From a virus, in IMG/VR virus record IMGVR_UViG_3300032315_000774, positions 32,001 to 96,000 of that record: a DNA stretch of 64,000 bases. One strand, 5' to 3'. This document shows positions 34,578 to 46,100 of the stretch, piece after piece. Position numbers and translations under genes: made by a program. Numbering within the stretch: position 1 is the stretch's first letter; each line of letters starts with the position of its first letter. A model generated the notes under the pieces. The model was given only the letters and a program-made list of their open reading frames with translations. It had not been told where the DNA came from and did not search any database.

Positions 34578-35614
34578 GCCCGGACCCTATAGAGGGTCCG
34601 CAGTGCCGACAAGGGTGGTCTGCGTCGCGTACCGAAGCACCGCGACGCAGACCGTGGAGTTGCTAGCCCCAGAGCCAAGATGTGGCGTCTACGTGCTGAC
34701 GTCAAGCGTCCGCGACGAGGCGTGCAGTCCACATGAACGAGCCGCCTGCGACGAGGTAACGCGCAACAAGATCGATGTCCGATCCATGACCGTATATAGG
34801 TTCGCTCGCATACAGTATCTGTACAGCACTTAGAAGTCGCTGAAAGTTCGGTACAGACAGCTCGGCGATGTGAGCGCTTTGAGCTTCGATGCGCTTGATG
34901 ACGACGTCGCGGTCTTCGGAAGTGCGTGCGAGGATCTTCGTCGTCAAGCTCTTCACACGACGTGCCTTCTCGGCGTTCACGAGATCACGTAAACGCGGAA
35001 GCGCAGAGCGGTGCACGATCTTCGGCCCGCGTGGTGTCATATACACGTGCCCTCGACCTGCAAGTTGGTGGTACGACCACGTAAAGAGCTGTTTGACCTC
35101 TGCACGCGAGAAGACGACCAGCGCACCTGTGTCATCGGCCATCACTGCCGATTCGAGCTTGGTGATGTCCTCGCGCACACGGTGTTCGTGATGGTGAACA
35201 GAAGACACGAGTAAGCGTTGTTCGTAGTAGTCGCTGTTTTCGATCCAGTGCTTGAAGAGCTTGATACCGGGTCTGATTTCATCAGGTGTTGTGATCACAA
35301 GTCTTCCAAACGCGGGGCGCGAACGCCAGGCTTGAGCCTCACGTGGGAGATAGGCATCCCAGGCCGCAGACGTTCGACCTCGGCGAGGTTCGAGTCGTAC
35401 ATGGACCACGTGAACAGACGCTTGAGTCGATGCGTCGGCCATGTCTCCGTGCGACCGTTGAGACGCACCGTCGCCATCAGCATCGAGCCTTCGGTCCGCG
35501 TGATGTTCACGATCTCGACCACCGTCTCGTTCAGCGTCGTCATCCGTGTGTTGCCCATCTTCTGCTTGAAGCGACGGAAGAGACGGTGACCTGCGCGGAG
35601 CTTGTTGGGGTCGA

Positions 35615-36010
35615 TCATGACTTCCTTCTCTGACGACGCAGGAGCTGCGCGTACAGCATACGCCAGCGCGTGACACCTTGCTCGTCGTTCTGACGTCTCC
35701 GGGCCAAGCGGTCCACCAGCGATGCAAACTCGACGTTGTGCGTGCCGTCGAAGCAGCTGCTCAACACTTCAGGCAACGCACCGAGGTCGAACGAACAGCC
35801 GTGTTCGGACGCGAACTCGGCCATCGCTTCCGCGCACGCAGCGCACCCGCGCTCGTACTGTGCGTCCTTGGCGTCGAGCCAGAAGCTATGCTTGTAGCGG
35901 TCGCCAGGCTTGATCTTGGTCCCGCACCCCGCACACGTGTACGTCTTCCGCGCGACCTGCCAGCGCTCGCGTACAAAGCTCGAAGGGTTGTCGACGTCGA
36001 TGCTACACAT
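35615..36010 (-). CDS. Zn-finger hypothetical protein
   Basis: ARKxYxCxxCxxxIxPGDxY...CxxC. Confidence 0.6.
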   Translation of the reverse strand: MCSIDVDNPSSFVRERWQVARKTYTCAGCGTKIKPGDRYKHSFWLDAKDAQYERGCAACAEAMAEFASEHGCSFDLGALPEVLSSCFDGTHNVEFASLVDRLARRRQNDEQGVTRWRMLYAQLLRRQRRKS

Positions 36011-36620
36011 CGCTGAGATACCTCACGGACCTCACGAGCGTTTCGTCGTCTGCATGAAAGATGTTTTCAAGATGCAGTTCGTCGGACTGAGCCATGTTCA
36101 GCGGGCGCATCGGCACCCAGACATTGGCGGAAGGCTGCGCGCGCTTGAAGCTCAGAGCGACATCGGCGTAGTCGTCGATGAAGACGTCCGCTCGAATGAG
36201 CGACTTGATCGGAAGACCGCCTCGACCGACGTGCGTCGTGAAGATGAGACCCACTTCCGCGCGGAAGCCTTGCGTGTGCAGCCACTGTCGCTTGGCGTCG
36301 ACACACGCTCCGATCTTGCCGTTGATCGACCATGGCGACGTCACGACGACGATGTTGAGCTTGTCCTGCTTCGCGACGAGTGCAGACGCCAGCGGCAGCG
36401 GGTGAAGCTGCGTCCACGTAGAGGATGTGTTCCACAACTTGCGGATGAACCTGACCACTGGATCTGGTGTCGTCGGGTCATGCAAGAAGCCGTGCGAGCG
36501 GATCTGATCGAAGTCGAACGCGCGCACCACAGCATCATCGCTCAGCGCTGCTTGGCCACGTGTGTAGCCCATCAGGTCGGCAAGAACGCCGTCCATGTCG
36601 ACGGCAACAGTGATCTTCAT
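36003..36620 (-). CDS. HAD-family 5'(3')-deoxyribonucleotidase (NT5C-like)
   Basis: VDMDGVLAD, VTSP, KxxWL, FIDD. Confidence 0.85.
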   Translation of the reverse strand: MKITVAVDMDGVLADLMGYTRGQAALSDDAVVRAFDFDQIRSHGFLHDPTTPDPVVRFIRKLWNTSSTWTQLHPLPLASALVAKQDKLNIVVVTSPWSINGKIGACVDAKRQWLHTQGFRAEVGLIFTTHVGRGGLPIKSLIRADVFIDDYADVALSFKRAQPSANVWVPMRPLNMAQSDELHLENIFHADDETLVRSVRYLSDV

Positions 36621-38024
36621 GCGCCAGCTACACCTCAACCGAGGGCGCTTGGCAAGCGAACGACGTTCGACCAACGCGCCATCATCGACCACTGATCAAC
36701 ATGTGCGATGGATAGTTCTGGAAACTTGGAAATAGGTGGGAACCTCTGTTCGAGGAACGCTCCCCGCAAGCGTCTGGGCATACGCTCTACGAGCCGGACG
36801 CATTCACGATCAGAGAACGTCACAAAGCCCCGAAGCGCGAGTTGCTTCAGCGCGGCGAAACACCTCTCTTCGTACGACATGGCTCTTATTGTGGCTGACG
36901 TTCGAGGGCAGTCCAGCGGATGTTGCGGTGGCGCATGTTGCCGGAGAACACGTCGACCGAACCGTCGGTGTTGACGGCACGAACGAAGCCTTGGGCACCG
37001 TTGCGCAAGAAGTGGACGTGGTCGCCCACCTGCAGCGCCCGCTCGCTCGTGACGTCTGCATACTGCTGCTCCGTCAACAGCAAACCGCGTGCAGTGAGCT
37101 TCTGTGCCACTGCAGTCACCCACTTCGCACGTTGCGTCGGGTCCAAGGGACTGCTCGCGACGCGCTCCTGCAACGACTTCAAGGTCGTGTAGCCTTCTTC
37201 CAGAGTGCTTCCAAGATGGTCGGACATGCTTCGCACCAGGTCTCTCGTGTGAGGAGGTCTTCGTAGATCAGCCGCTCGATGGGGTGGAGCTTGCTGACGT
37301 TGGCTCCGACATCTCGAAGTCGCAGCGCGTGCAGTTCCACCGATCGCGGGTCGGCGTGATCTTGTCGACCATCATCGGCACGACCTTGCCTAGATGTCCT
37401 CGGTTCGTGATGCCGTTCGCTGTCTTGATCGCGCATCGCGCACAGCCTTTGGCGTTGTCAGGGACGTCCAGCATCAGCGGGACGCCTGATGCGTCGACGA
37501 GAAACGGATGTGGTACTCTCATTCTTCTCCTCTCGCCGGAGCAACATGTCGATGGCCCGGCGTGCTTCGTCCGTGGAGCGTCGTGCGGCGGTCAGCTCGT
37601 CGCTCGCCGTGAACACAGATCCCTGAAGGAACGGGTTCGCAGCGTCGAGACGCGCAAGCGCTTCACGTAGCGCGATCAAGGCGTCGATCGGCGATGACAC
37701 TCGTGACATTGTGGCAGTCCCTCAGAGATCCAGTAGCGAGTCGTGCGCCTTCCGCATGTGCAGGCCACGTACAGTGCGCTCTGTGCGTGACACTGACGGA
37801 TGAAGCTCAGCGCATCTCGCATCGGCTCTTGTAGCACGTCAGGCGCAAGCGGAGCCAGCTCTTCGAGCGGTTCGAGCTTGAGCGAGGCTTTCAGCTCGAC
37901 GGCGACAGCGACGCCACGCTCGGTCTTGATGCGCAGCTCCAGCACACGCCCTGTCGGCTCGTCGTAGTGCTCTTTGACGAAGTCGACCTCGCCCGGTCGC
38001 ACACGATCAGGCACGAAGCCACGT

Positions 38025-38912
38025 TCACGTAGACCTGCGAGGAGAACGGGCAGCATGCGCTTTTCTCTGCGCCGTTCGCATAGCATACACGCGACGTTCG
38101 GAGCAACCGAGCTGTTTGGCGACGTCAACAGCGCGCCCCTTGAAGATGTCGATGTTAGCGCGGGCAGCCGCAAGCGGCGTCCCTGCACGTGCTCTTGGCT
38201 TCGATCCGCGTTCCAAGCGTGCTCGTGCTGCCTTGATCTCCGACGGCTTCTTTCCCAGACGTACCGCCGCTTCTTCAGGCGTGCCTTCGAGGAGATCCGC
38301 GAGATACCGAGACTTGACGCTCGGATGATTCTGGATCTTCAGAAGTGCGCTCGCCACGAGCGTGTGTCCATCTTGACGTGTGATGGACATAGCCGCAGCA
38401 AGCTGCGCGTACGGAACCGTTCCGTAGAGCCACGCATACAGCATGCGAAACTCTCGTGATGTCAGAGTCACGCCATCATGCACGCGGCGCAACGCAGCTT
38501 CGACTTCTTGTTCTTTGAACTGGTCAGGGGCAGGTTCTGGCTCAGGGGCTGCTACGTCGTCTGCTTGGCTCAAAGGCACAAGGTTCTTTGCATATCTCTT
38601 TTCTGCGCGAATGTCGTTGGTGATGACTCCATTGTACCGAGAGAACAAGCGTGTCAGTGGGCTCATCTCATACGCAGGATCGAAGTCTCGAAGCGACTCG
38701 AAGATCAGCGAGTACAGGTGCTCTGGTGTCGTCGAGTTCGCACGCCGCTTCGTCAGCACCATTCGAATGATCATCTTCAGCTCAGGTAGAAGCACGCGCA
38801 AGATCTGCTCGACGTCCTCACCAAAGCGCACTCGACACGCAAGAAGATTCAGCTCGGTCCAGTTCGACCAGCATTGATTCTTGGCAGGACATGTCGAGCA
38901 ATCTTGTCTCAT
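38025..38912 (-). CDS. putative phage sigma-factor-like / HTH transcription regulator
   Basis: ESLRDFDP resembles sigma region 2; LTSRE...YAQLAAAMSITRQ resembles region 4; further HTH-like segments. Confidence 0.5.
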   Translation of the reverse strand: MRQDCSTCPAKNQCWSNWTELNLLACRVRFGEDVEQILRVLLPELKMIIRMVLTKRRANSTTPEHLYSLIFESLRDFDPAYEMSPLTRLFSRYNGVITNDIRAEKRYAKNLVPLSQADDVAAPEPEPAPDQFKEQEVEAALRRVHDGVTLTSREFRMLYAWLYGTVPYAQLAAAMSITRQDGHTLVASALLKIQNHPSVKSRYLADLLEGTPEEAAVRLGKKPSEIKAARARLERGSKPRARAGTPLAAARANIDIFKGRAVDVAKQLGCSERRVYAMRTAQRKAHAARSPRRST

Positions 38913-39322
38913 TCGGTCACTCCCAGGAGCTGGTACAACCGCACGACACCTTGCTCAAGGTCGTCGACAGGCAGGGTCGTCAACGAACACCCGACCGCCC
39001 GAAACGCAGCCTCGATCGCCTCCGAACTTGCCAGTCGGCGCCCTTCACGAACGACGTGCACACAGTGAGCGTCCGATCCGAGCAACCGCATGTCCGCGAG
39101 CCGCTGAACGTCTGCTACACTCGTCGGGTTCACATCGACGATTGTCGGCCTCGCCATCAGCACGACGAGTGCGGGCGATGTGATGACGTCGATAGGTGTA
39201 CGCGCACACTCTACACAGATCGACGCCAGCGTCGTCTTGCCGACTTTCGGTGCGCCGATGAGGACGGCACACTGCTCACCGCGTGTCCTCTTCGACTTCG
39301 GGAGCTTGCGAAGTGTGTACAT
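38909..39322 (-). CDS. small P-loop protein
   Basis: LIGAPKVGKTT. Confidence 0.5.
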   Translation of the reverse strand: MYTLRKLPKSKRTRGEQCAVLIGAPKVGKTTLASICVECARTPIDVITSPALVVLMARPTIVDVNPTSVADVQRLADMRLLGSDAHCVHVVREGRRLASSEAIEAAFRAVGCSLTTLPVDDLEQGVVRLYQLLGVTE

Positions 39323-39711
39323 CAAGCGAAGCTCCCCACTTCGATTTGATACTTCGGCTCGAACGGCTTGTTCGTGAGCTGGATGTCCTTCACGCGATCG
39401 AACCTGAATGCTTCGATCGCGTTGTCCTTGCGGCAGTAAGCGTAGAGCAGCGGCACGCCGCCTTTGCCTCGGTAGCGGAGTGAGTAGCACTCCATCTCGC
39501 GCCACGTCGGCGTCGTCGCATCTTCTGCCTGGTAGAGGACACGCACTAGGCGAGGCGGATTCGCGCTGACTGCTGTGCGAATGCGGAGCTTCATCTCCGC
39601 TTCGGAGTTCGGTGGACCTTGTTGTGAAGGCACGAGCCCAAGCTCCTGCTTCACACGTTGCTTGACGCGATCGATGAGTCCTTGAGACAACCCGCGAGGA
39701 ATGAGAGGCAT
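39322..39711 (-). CDS. stand-alone WYL-domain protein
   Basis: R.MECYSL...LLYAYC......AFRFDRV. Confidence 0.8.
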   Translation of the reverse strand: MPLIPRGLSQGLIDRVKQRVKQELGLVPSQQGPPNSEAEMKLRIRTAVSANPPRLVRVLYQAEDATTPTWREMECYSLRYRGKGGVPLLYAYCRKDNAIEAFRFDRVKDIQLTNKPFEPKYQIEVGSFA

Positions 39712-39807
39712 GCTATAGCTCCCGTCGTTTGACGACTTGACCCTGCTCTACGATGACGAGGCAAAGGTCGTTCAGCACCTTCCACTTCACGCGGAGCGCA
39801 AGAATGC

Positions 39808-40356
39808 TCAAGTCAGTAGAGTGCGAGTCGAGAGAGATGGCGCCGTCGAGGCGGACTTCCGCTCTGGGAGACCAGACGAAAGTGCCCTGATGCGCGATGC
39901 GCGAGAGCGAGCTGCGGTCGTGCACGGTCGACATTGTACGACGCGATCCTTCTCGGAAGGTCGAACGTACCGTATCCGACCGCACGCACACGTCAACTGG
40001 CATGTGAACTCGGACGTGTCGACACGCCGGTACTCGGCTATGCCATCTCGCCGCACACGCCACACCTCTGTCTGCTCACCGCCTGGCGCGTCTGACCACG
40101 TACCTTGGCGCTGCGCAGACGCAGGCAACGGCAAGCGCACCTTGAAGTGAGGCTTCAGCTTGCGGCCGTGAAGACGTGTCACGAAGAACCAGATCTCCTT
40201 CGCCTTCACGAAGGCATGGCCCTCGACATCTGCAGAAAACGGAAGCTCTGGACAGATCAACCGGATCTGCGTCTTCGTCCACTGCACTTCTTCGAGTGCA
40301 GTGGTGACTTCGTCGGCATGTGCTTGCACAGCACGTGTGAGCACCAGCGGATTCAT
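39808..40356 (-). CDS. hypothetical protein with C-terminal Zn ribbon
   Basis: CACG...CRPC; coupled to the endolysin stop. Confidence 0.55.
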   Translation of the reverse strand: MNPLVLTRAVQAHADEVTTALEEVQWTKTQIRLICPELPFSADVEGHAFVKAKEIWFFVTRLHGRKLKPHFKVRLPLPASAQRQGTWSDAPGGEQTEVWRVRRDGIAEYRRVDTSEFTCQLTCACGRIRYVRPSEKDRVVQCRPCTTAARSRASRIRALSSGLPERKSASTAPSLSTRTLLT

Positions 40357-40991
40357 ACGTACACGATCTGTGCAGTCACGTACGCGAGCATGCGCCGCGC
40401 TTCACTGTCCGACGTCGCACCCCACGCACGGGCGAAGGCATCGAGCCCTGACTTCGAACGTGGCCCGAAGATGCCGTCGATCGCACCACCGTAGAAGCCG
40501 ACCTTCTGCAGCGCGATCTGCGTGTCCGTATCGTTCAGCTTCAGCTGGTCACCGTACAGACGTTGGATGACGTTCTCTGCAGAGCGCTGCCCGTGCTCGT
40601 TCGACCAGTTGAAGTGCCAGTCCTCGAACCCACGTGTCGCGCGGCTGCGAAAGCAGCTCCAACCGGCGTCTTTCAGACGCTGCCACAGCTGCTGATAGGT
40701 CCACTTGTGCCGCGCGAGCGTTGCGTCCACCGCAACGTCGACCGACACGCCGAAGTTGTGACCGCTGTAGCCCGGCTTCTGCACGCCTGTCTTCAGTCGA
40801 CGTGCTTCGCGCGACTGCTCTGCAGTCCGGTAGATGTCCGAGTACACGAGCGGCGTCGAGTCTTCGATGACCTTGAGCGCCGCCCATGCTTCGGGGTGCA
40901 TCCGCAGGAACGACTCCGGCAAGCTGTCACGAACTCCCTTGACGGTGTAGATGCCCGTGAGCGGTGGAATGTGAGTGAGCTTGAGGATCAT
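40353..40991 (-). CDS. endolysin: M15-family peptidase + peptidoglycan-binding domain
   Basis: YRT.EQ, PGYSGHNFGVSVDV, EDWHF; LQKVGFYGGAIDGIFGP. Confidence 0.9.
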   Translation of the reverse strand: MILKLTHIPPLTGIYTVKGVRDSLPESFLRMHPEAWAALKVIEDSTPLVYSDIYRTAEQSREARRLKTGVQKPGYSGHNFGVSVDVAVDATLARHKWTYQQLWQRLKDAGWSCFRSRATRGFEDWHFNWSNEHGQRSAENVIQRLYGDQLKLNDTDTQIALQKVGFYGGAIDGIFGPRSKSGLDAFARAWGATSDSEARRMLAYVTAQIVYV

Positions 40992-43129
40992 GTGTACTCC
41001 TGTACGGTGTAGTTAATGGTCAGCGAGTATGCTTCCCACGCTTGACCGCCACCTGAAGATGAGAGGACCACGATGTAGCCGTAGATCGGGCTGATGACGT
41101 TCCGACCTGGAACGAATCCACCGCCTGTCAGGTTGTTGTCGCCGTTCGCGAATGATGTGTACGTACCCGTAAGGATCGACTCGGCACCACCTGAGCCGAT
41201 CGTTCGGTTCGTGCGATGAATGTTTGCTTGGCTCGATGATCCGCTGACGTTGGCCAAGCTCAGGATGACGCTCGTCAGCACTGCGCCTTGCGGCAGCAAG
41301 ATTGGGATGACCCACGTTCCGCCGTTGGCGTTGTCCTTCTCCACGAAGCCAGCTACTGGATCGACGTGGAACGAAGACCCGCTGCTCGGTACACCCACAC
41401 AGCACGGAACGACCATCGTCTGCGAGCGTCCGACTGCAGAGGTGATGGCGGGTGCCGTCAGCGTTCCGGTCGCCGAGAACATCGTGTACCACGCAGAGTC
41501 TGAGAACGGTGTGATGACCGGGCCACCTGGTGACGGATACACTTCTGCGACGAAGCCTGTGGTCCCGAGCCGCTGGCGTGTAGCGATCAGCGCGATGTTG
41601 TCGAGCACCCACTGAGAACCGTTCCAGTCAGCGTTCGTGACCGTTTCGACGCCGCCATCCGCCCGCATGTACATGCGCGTGCGCATCCCGCCACCGGATG
41701 GCACGCTCGTGTAGATGAGTGATCGCTGGTTGGCTGAGTTGTACGCGAACGTGATGCCTGCGAAGATCGAGTTCAGCTGCGTCAGCGCGAGCTGTGGTGA
41801 GCGCAAGCCGTCGCTCGTCGTCTGCAAGCGATACGACCACGAAGACTGCGCGAACGGGCTCAAGCCTGTGTACGTGCCGACGCCGAACGTGTTGGAGGGG
41901 TTGCTCGACGTGTACACGTACGTTGACTCGTTGCCACCGACATCCGCCTGCCACTGTCCGGAGAGGAGCCACCGCGCATTCACCGTGGTCTCTTCGAAGA
42001 TCTCGCCGCTGATGAGTGCGACGTAGCGACGGATGTACATGTTCGGCGTCTCGGTCTCGGTGACGCTGATCAGCTCACGGACGCTTGCGGTGCTCGCCGC
42101 GCGATAGATGTAGAAACGTGGCGACAGCGAACCTGCGTCACCTTCGAGCGTGGTCCCGACTTCGATGGCGCCACGCGCTCGCACGACGTTCTGCATCGAG
42201 TACAGGTCCGCACCGTGCGGGTTCAGGTCATTCGGTACGCCTGCGACGTTGTTGCCGCTCCGCAGACGGTGCTCGCGATCGACAGACCCTGCGATGCTCG
42301 GCTCTTCACCGTAGACGTCGCTGATCTGCACCGTAATCGCGAGCGGTGCGGCGACCTGCGGCAGAACTTGAGGATTCACGTAGACGGTCATCGTCTGCGC
42401 AGCTGTTCCGGACGGGAGCACGTACGTCCCGCGTGTCGTGATCGTCTGCGCGACGCCTGGAGAGTCAGTGGGTGCTTCGTACGTGAGCGTGGTGCCGTTC
42501 CATGTCAGGGTCGCATCACCGGACAGCGTGTTGCTCGTGATGTTCAGAACGCTGAGACCTGGGAGCAGGGTCAAGTCGTCGAGGCGAACGCCCAACGTGC
42601 TCAGCGGCGGACCGATCGTCTGGATGTTGCTGCTCGTGATCGGTGCACCTTGCCCAGGAGCCGTCACCGTGCCGAGCAAGATCATGCGGTCACGTGCGGG
42701 CGCCGTCATGTCCGACGATGACGTCGGCAAGAACGTGTACTCGGTCAGCGTCATGATCGCGAGGACACTGACGCCGAGTGCACGCGTAGGCTCTGGGTTG
42801 CCACCGACAGCCGACGCCCGGGGCACGAAGTCTTGCTCCGTGTACACGGCGTACACGTAGTTCACGAACCCTTCGGCGTAGTTCACGAGCGCCTTACCGC
42901 TCTGCGCAGGCAGCTCGATCAGTTCACCGTTCGGCGTGCGTCCACGACACGCCGAGACGTTGATCAGAGTCGGGTTCGTTGCGGGTGTGATGATGCCACC
43001 CGAGATGATGCCCGCGCTACCGATGTCGACGTAGACATCTTTGATCGCTTGTGACTTCGAGTCTTCTGTGAAGGTCAGCGTCTGTTCATCGACGACGACG
43101 TTGTTCGGGTAGAGTGAACGATCGACCAT
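40988..43129 (-). CDS. tail fibre / receptor-binding protein
   Basis: End of the baseplate module; Gly/Ser/Thr-rich; internal repeat TxNAxWxxxxQWxxD. Confidence 0.65.
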   Translation of the reverse strand: MVDRSLYPNNVVVDEQTLTFTEDSKSQAIKDVYVDIGSAGIISGGIITPATNPTLINVSACRGRTPNGELIELPAQSGKALVNYAEGFVNYVYAVYTEQDFVPRASAVGGNPEPTRALGVSVLAIMTLTEYTFLPTSSSDMTAPARDRMILLGTVTAPGQGAPITSSNIQTIGPPLSTLGVRLDDLTLLPGLSVLNITSNTLSGDATLTWNGTTLTYEAPTDSPGVAQTITTRGTYVLPSGTAAQTMTVYVNPQVLPQVAAPLAITVQISDVYGEEPSIAGSVDREHRLRSGNNVAGVPNDLNPHGADLYSMQNVVRARGAIEVGTTLEGDAGSLSPRFYIYRAASTASVRELISVTETETPNMYIRRYVALISGEIFEETTVNARWLLSGQWQADVGGNESTYVYTSSNPSNTFGVGTYTGLSPFAQSSWSYRLQTTSDGLRSPQLALTQLNSIFAGITFAYNSANQRSLIYTSVPSGGGMRTRMYMRADGGVETVTNADWNGSQWVLDNIALIATRQRLGTTGFVAEVYPSPGGPVITPFSDSAWYTMFSATGTLTAPAITSAVGRSQTMVVPCCVGVPSSGSSFHVDPVAGFVEKDNANGGTWVIPILLPQGAVLTSVILSLANVSGSSSQANIHRTNRTIGSGGAESILTGTYTSFANGDNNLTGGGFVPGRNVISPIYGYIVVLSSSGGGQAWEAYSLTINYTVQEYT

Positions 43130-43130
43130 T

Positions 43131-46100
43131 TCAAGCTCCTGGCAAGTTGTTGGGGTCGAAGCCCCGAAGACCGAGACCGTACACTGCAACGTCAAGAACG
43201 CGCTCGACGCCCCACAGCTGCAGCCGCATCTGGTGATAGCGATGCGCAGGGTTCGCGAACGCGTCCTGGTCGACGTCGCGCCACGCCGTCGTGACCGGCG
43301 AGACCGTATCCGATCTCACTTGCAAGCGCCACTGTACGGTTCGAGCGTACAGTGGATGACGCGCCGTGTACGACAGGGTGTACACCGCACCTGGAATCGG
43401 AGCGTCGATCTCCACGAACCCACTGGTCGCGAACCGCCACGTCCCCTGCAACACTTCACGCCGCTGCAGCCCGTCGTCTACATACAGCGTCGCAGGGCGC
43501 GTGACGTCTGCTGTCTGCGTCAGTGTCGCTCGGTTGCCAATGACCAGGAGCTGAGCCTCGGCTGCGTACGACCCCGCTTCAGGCGCGATACGCATCCACA
43601 TCGGCACATCGTACAGCCACACGTTCGACGCGAAGCTCACGCCCAAGTCGATGACCGGCGTCTCGATCTGCGTGAGCTGATCGTACGCGAAGACGTACGT
43701 GGCCGAAGGGTTGAAGATCGACTGGTTTGCTGGGTCACCTGCTGCTGTTGACGCCACCTGCAGCGTCGTCGCCGACAAGAAGCGGTACGGCAACACACCC
43801 CCTGGCACCGTCGGCGTCTGCGGCTGTGGCACCGTGTTCGCAGTCAAGATTTCGTCTGGGAACGCTTCTTCGAGCGGTCCTGTGTGGCGTGTCGGGAGTG
43901 CGAGGATCGCGTTCGACGGCGCACCGAACACCAAGGTCTGTACTACGCGAGAAGGCGACGCAGGGCGCGCGATGGACAACCTGTCTGGGACTTGAGGCTC
44001 GACCGAGATGTTCGTCAGCGTGCAGCTCAGGAGGTCTGTCGCCGTGAAGATGCCTGCGACAGGAGACAGCTGGTAGTCGTAGATCGGCGTGTGCGCCGCC
44101 GAGTAGCGATCAAGCCCAGACTCGATGAGCGCTTGCTCGTCTTCTTGCAGAGTCTCAGCGGCCCACCGATACAGCGTCGCGCCTGTCAGATACGCCGTGC
44201 CTTGACCGAGGTACATGCCCGAGTTCGGCACCGTGATCACGATCTGCTCGATGCTCGTTACGCCGAACGTCCCGCCTGTGAGTAGAAGACGAACAGTCAT
44301 CGTCGTGGCGTCGTACGGCACCAACACCTGCCCAAGCACCTGGCGCGGATCGAGCGTGCCGCCTGCACCAGGCGCGACGAGATGCGTGCCTGTGATGGCG
44401 ATCGGGTTCGTGAGCGGTGCGACCGCCGACATCGGTGCGAACGCTCCGCCGTCGAAGCTCACGTCGAGGCGATAGCTCGCAGTCGCGAAGTGCGGGCTCA
44501 CCCACATCGCTACACGCACAGGACGGGTCCTGTAGTCGCTCACGTCGACGTCCCGCTGCATGTACCACGCAGTGCCCGATGCCGTGCTCTGAAAGCGCGT
44601 AGGTGCCAGATACGCAGGCGAGTCGAATGTCGCCGCGCTCGCGCTGCTCACGATCCAGCCGTCGGGCAGCGTGGCAGGACCCGTTGTCACCGGGTCCGAG
44701 AACGGCCCCGCGCCCGGTGGAGCGTAGTCCGGGTTGACATCGACGACCAGCTCTGCAGGCCGACGTGGCGCTTCGTTCACGCGTTCGTCGACCTCCACCG
44801 CCGCGCCGATCGACCAGCTCCCCCGCAAGCCCGTCGGATACAGCCGCGCCACACCCGAACCTGCGTGGTCGATGACTCGAACGACCTCACCTGCCGACCA
44901 CACGTTCATCGCGACACCCGTCTCCGGGTAGAAGACCTTGTCCTCGTGCTGAATCACGAAGGCGATCCCAGGGAACGGAGGTGTCACACCTTGAAGTCTA
45001 TGCAGACCACGGTTCGCGTTGCTGGCGGCAGTGGCCGCTGCGATCGAGATGTAGTTGTCGAACAGGCCGACGTTCGCTGCACTCACGGCGGCGAACGCAG
45101 TCGAGTTCCCTGCAGTCGGCGTGTCCGTGAGCAAGTCCAGCGTCAACGCGCGTACGCTGTTCCGGCCAACACGCACCAAGAAGCCTTGCTGTTCGGCGCC
45201 TGTCACCATGACCGTCGCACGCACCGCACCTGCGACAGGCGCCAACCCTTGAACTGCGCTCGTCGTCGCGAACACACGGGTGCCTGTCACGACACGATCG
45301 CGACGAAGCTCCCACGTGTTACCGACCACCGTTGCGACTGTCGCTGTTAGGTCTGCATACGTCCCAAGCCCTGACGCAAATACATACCGAACGAAGGCGC
45401 CTGTGCCTGTCGTGACGTTGTAGAAGTAGTCACCGACTTGGATGTCGTTGACCACCTCGCCGAACAAGATCTCAGAGCCTGTGTTCGAAGCGCCTGCGCC
45501 TGTCGCGACTTCAGGGTCGGGGCGCGCGAAGTCTTCGGCGAGTGCGAGTCCGTTGACATCGGTGCCGACGACGCGGATGCCCCCTGCGAGCCAGTCAGCG
45601 GGAAAGAACACATCGAGCGTTGAAGCGTCATCGAGCGTCCAGACGACAGGCGTCGACGTGAAGCTCTGCTGCAGCTCGCCAAGCCACACACGGTTTGTCG
45701 TGACCGGAAGTCGGCCCGATGACACGAGCAGTGTTGACTGGTGGACGGCTCCAGACGCCGTAAGCGCGCCCGACAAGCGCGGTGTCCCGAGGATCGCCGT
45801 CTGCGCGTCTGCACCCACACCATACGTGTTGATGCGGTTGTCGTCGCTCGTGTACGGCACCTCCAAGAGGAGCGCGTTCCCGAACGTGCCCGACGACGCT
45901 GACGCTGGCGTCAGACCGCTGTTCGCGCCTCCGGTCATGTTCGTCGTCGTGAAGCCTGCCAACTGTGCGTTGGTTGTGAGCAAGATGCTCGTGTTGCCTT
46001 GTGTGCCGCCGTACTGGTTGCGCACGGTGACCACCGCACCGTTGGCCACGGCAGTCACGCGGATCGCGCCCGCTGATGCCGGTGCTGCGGTTCGCGCCGT

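Noticed and set aside
40988-43129. Diversity-generating retroelement target in the tail fibre
   Set aside because: No reverse transcriptase or template/variable repeat pair seen in the window
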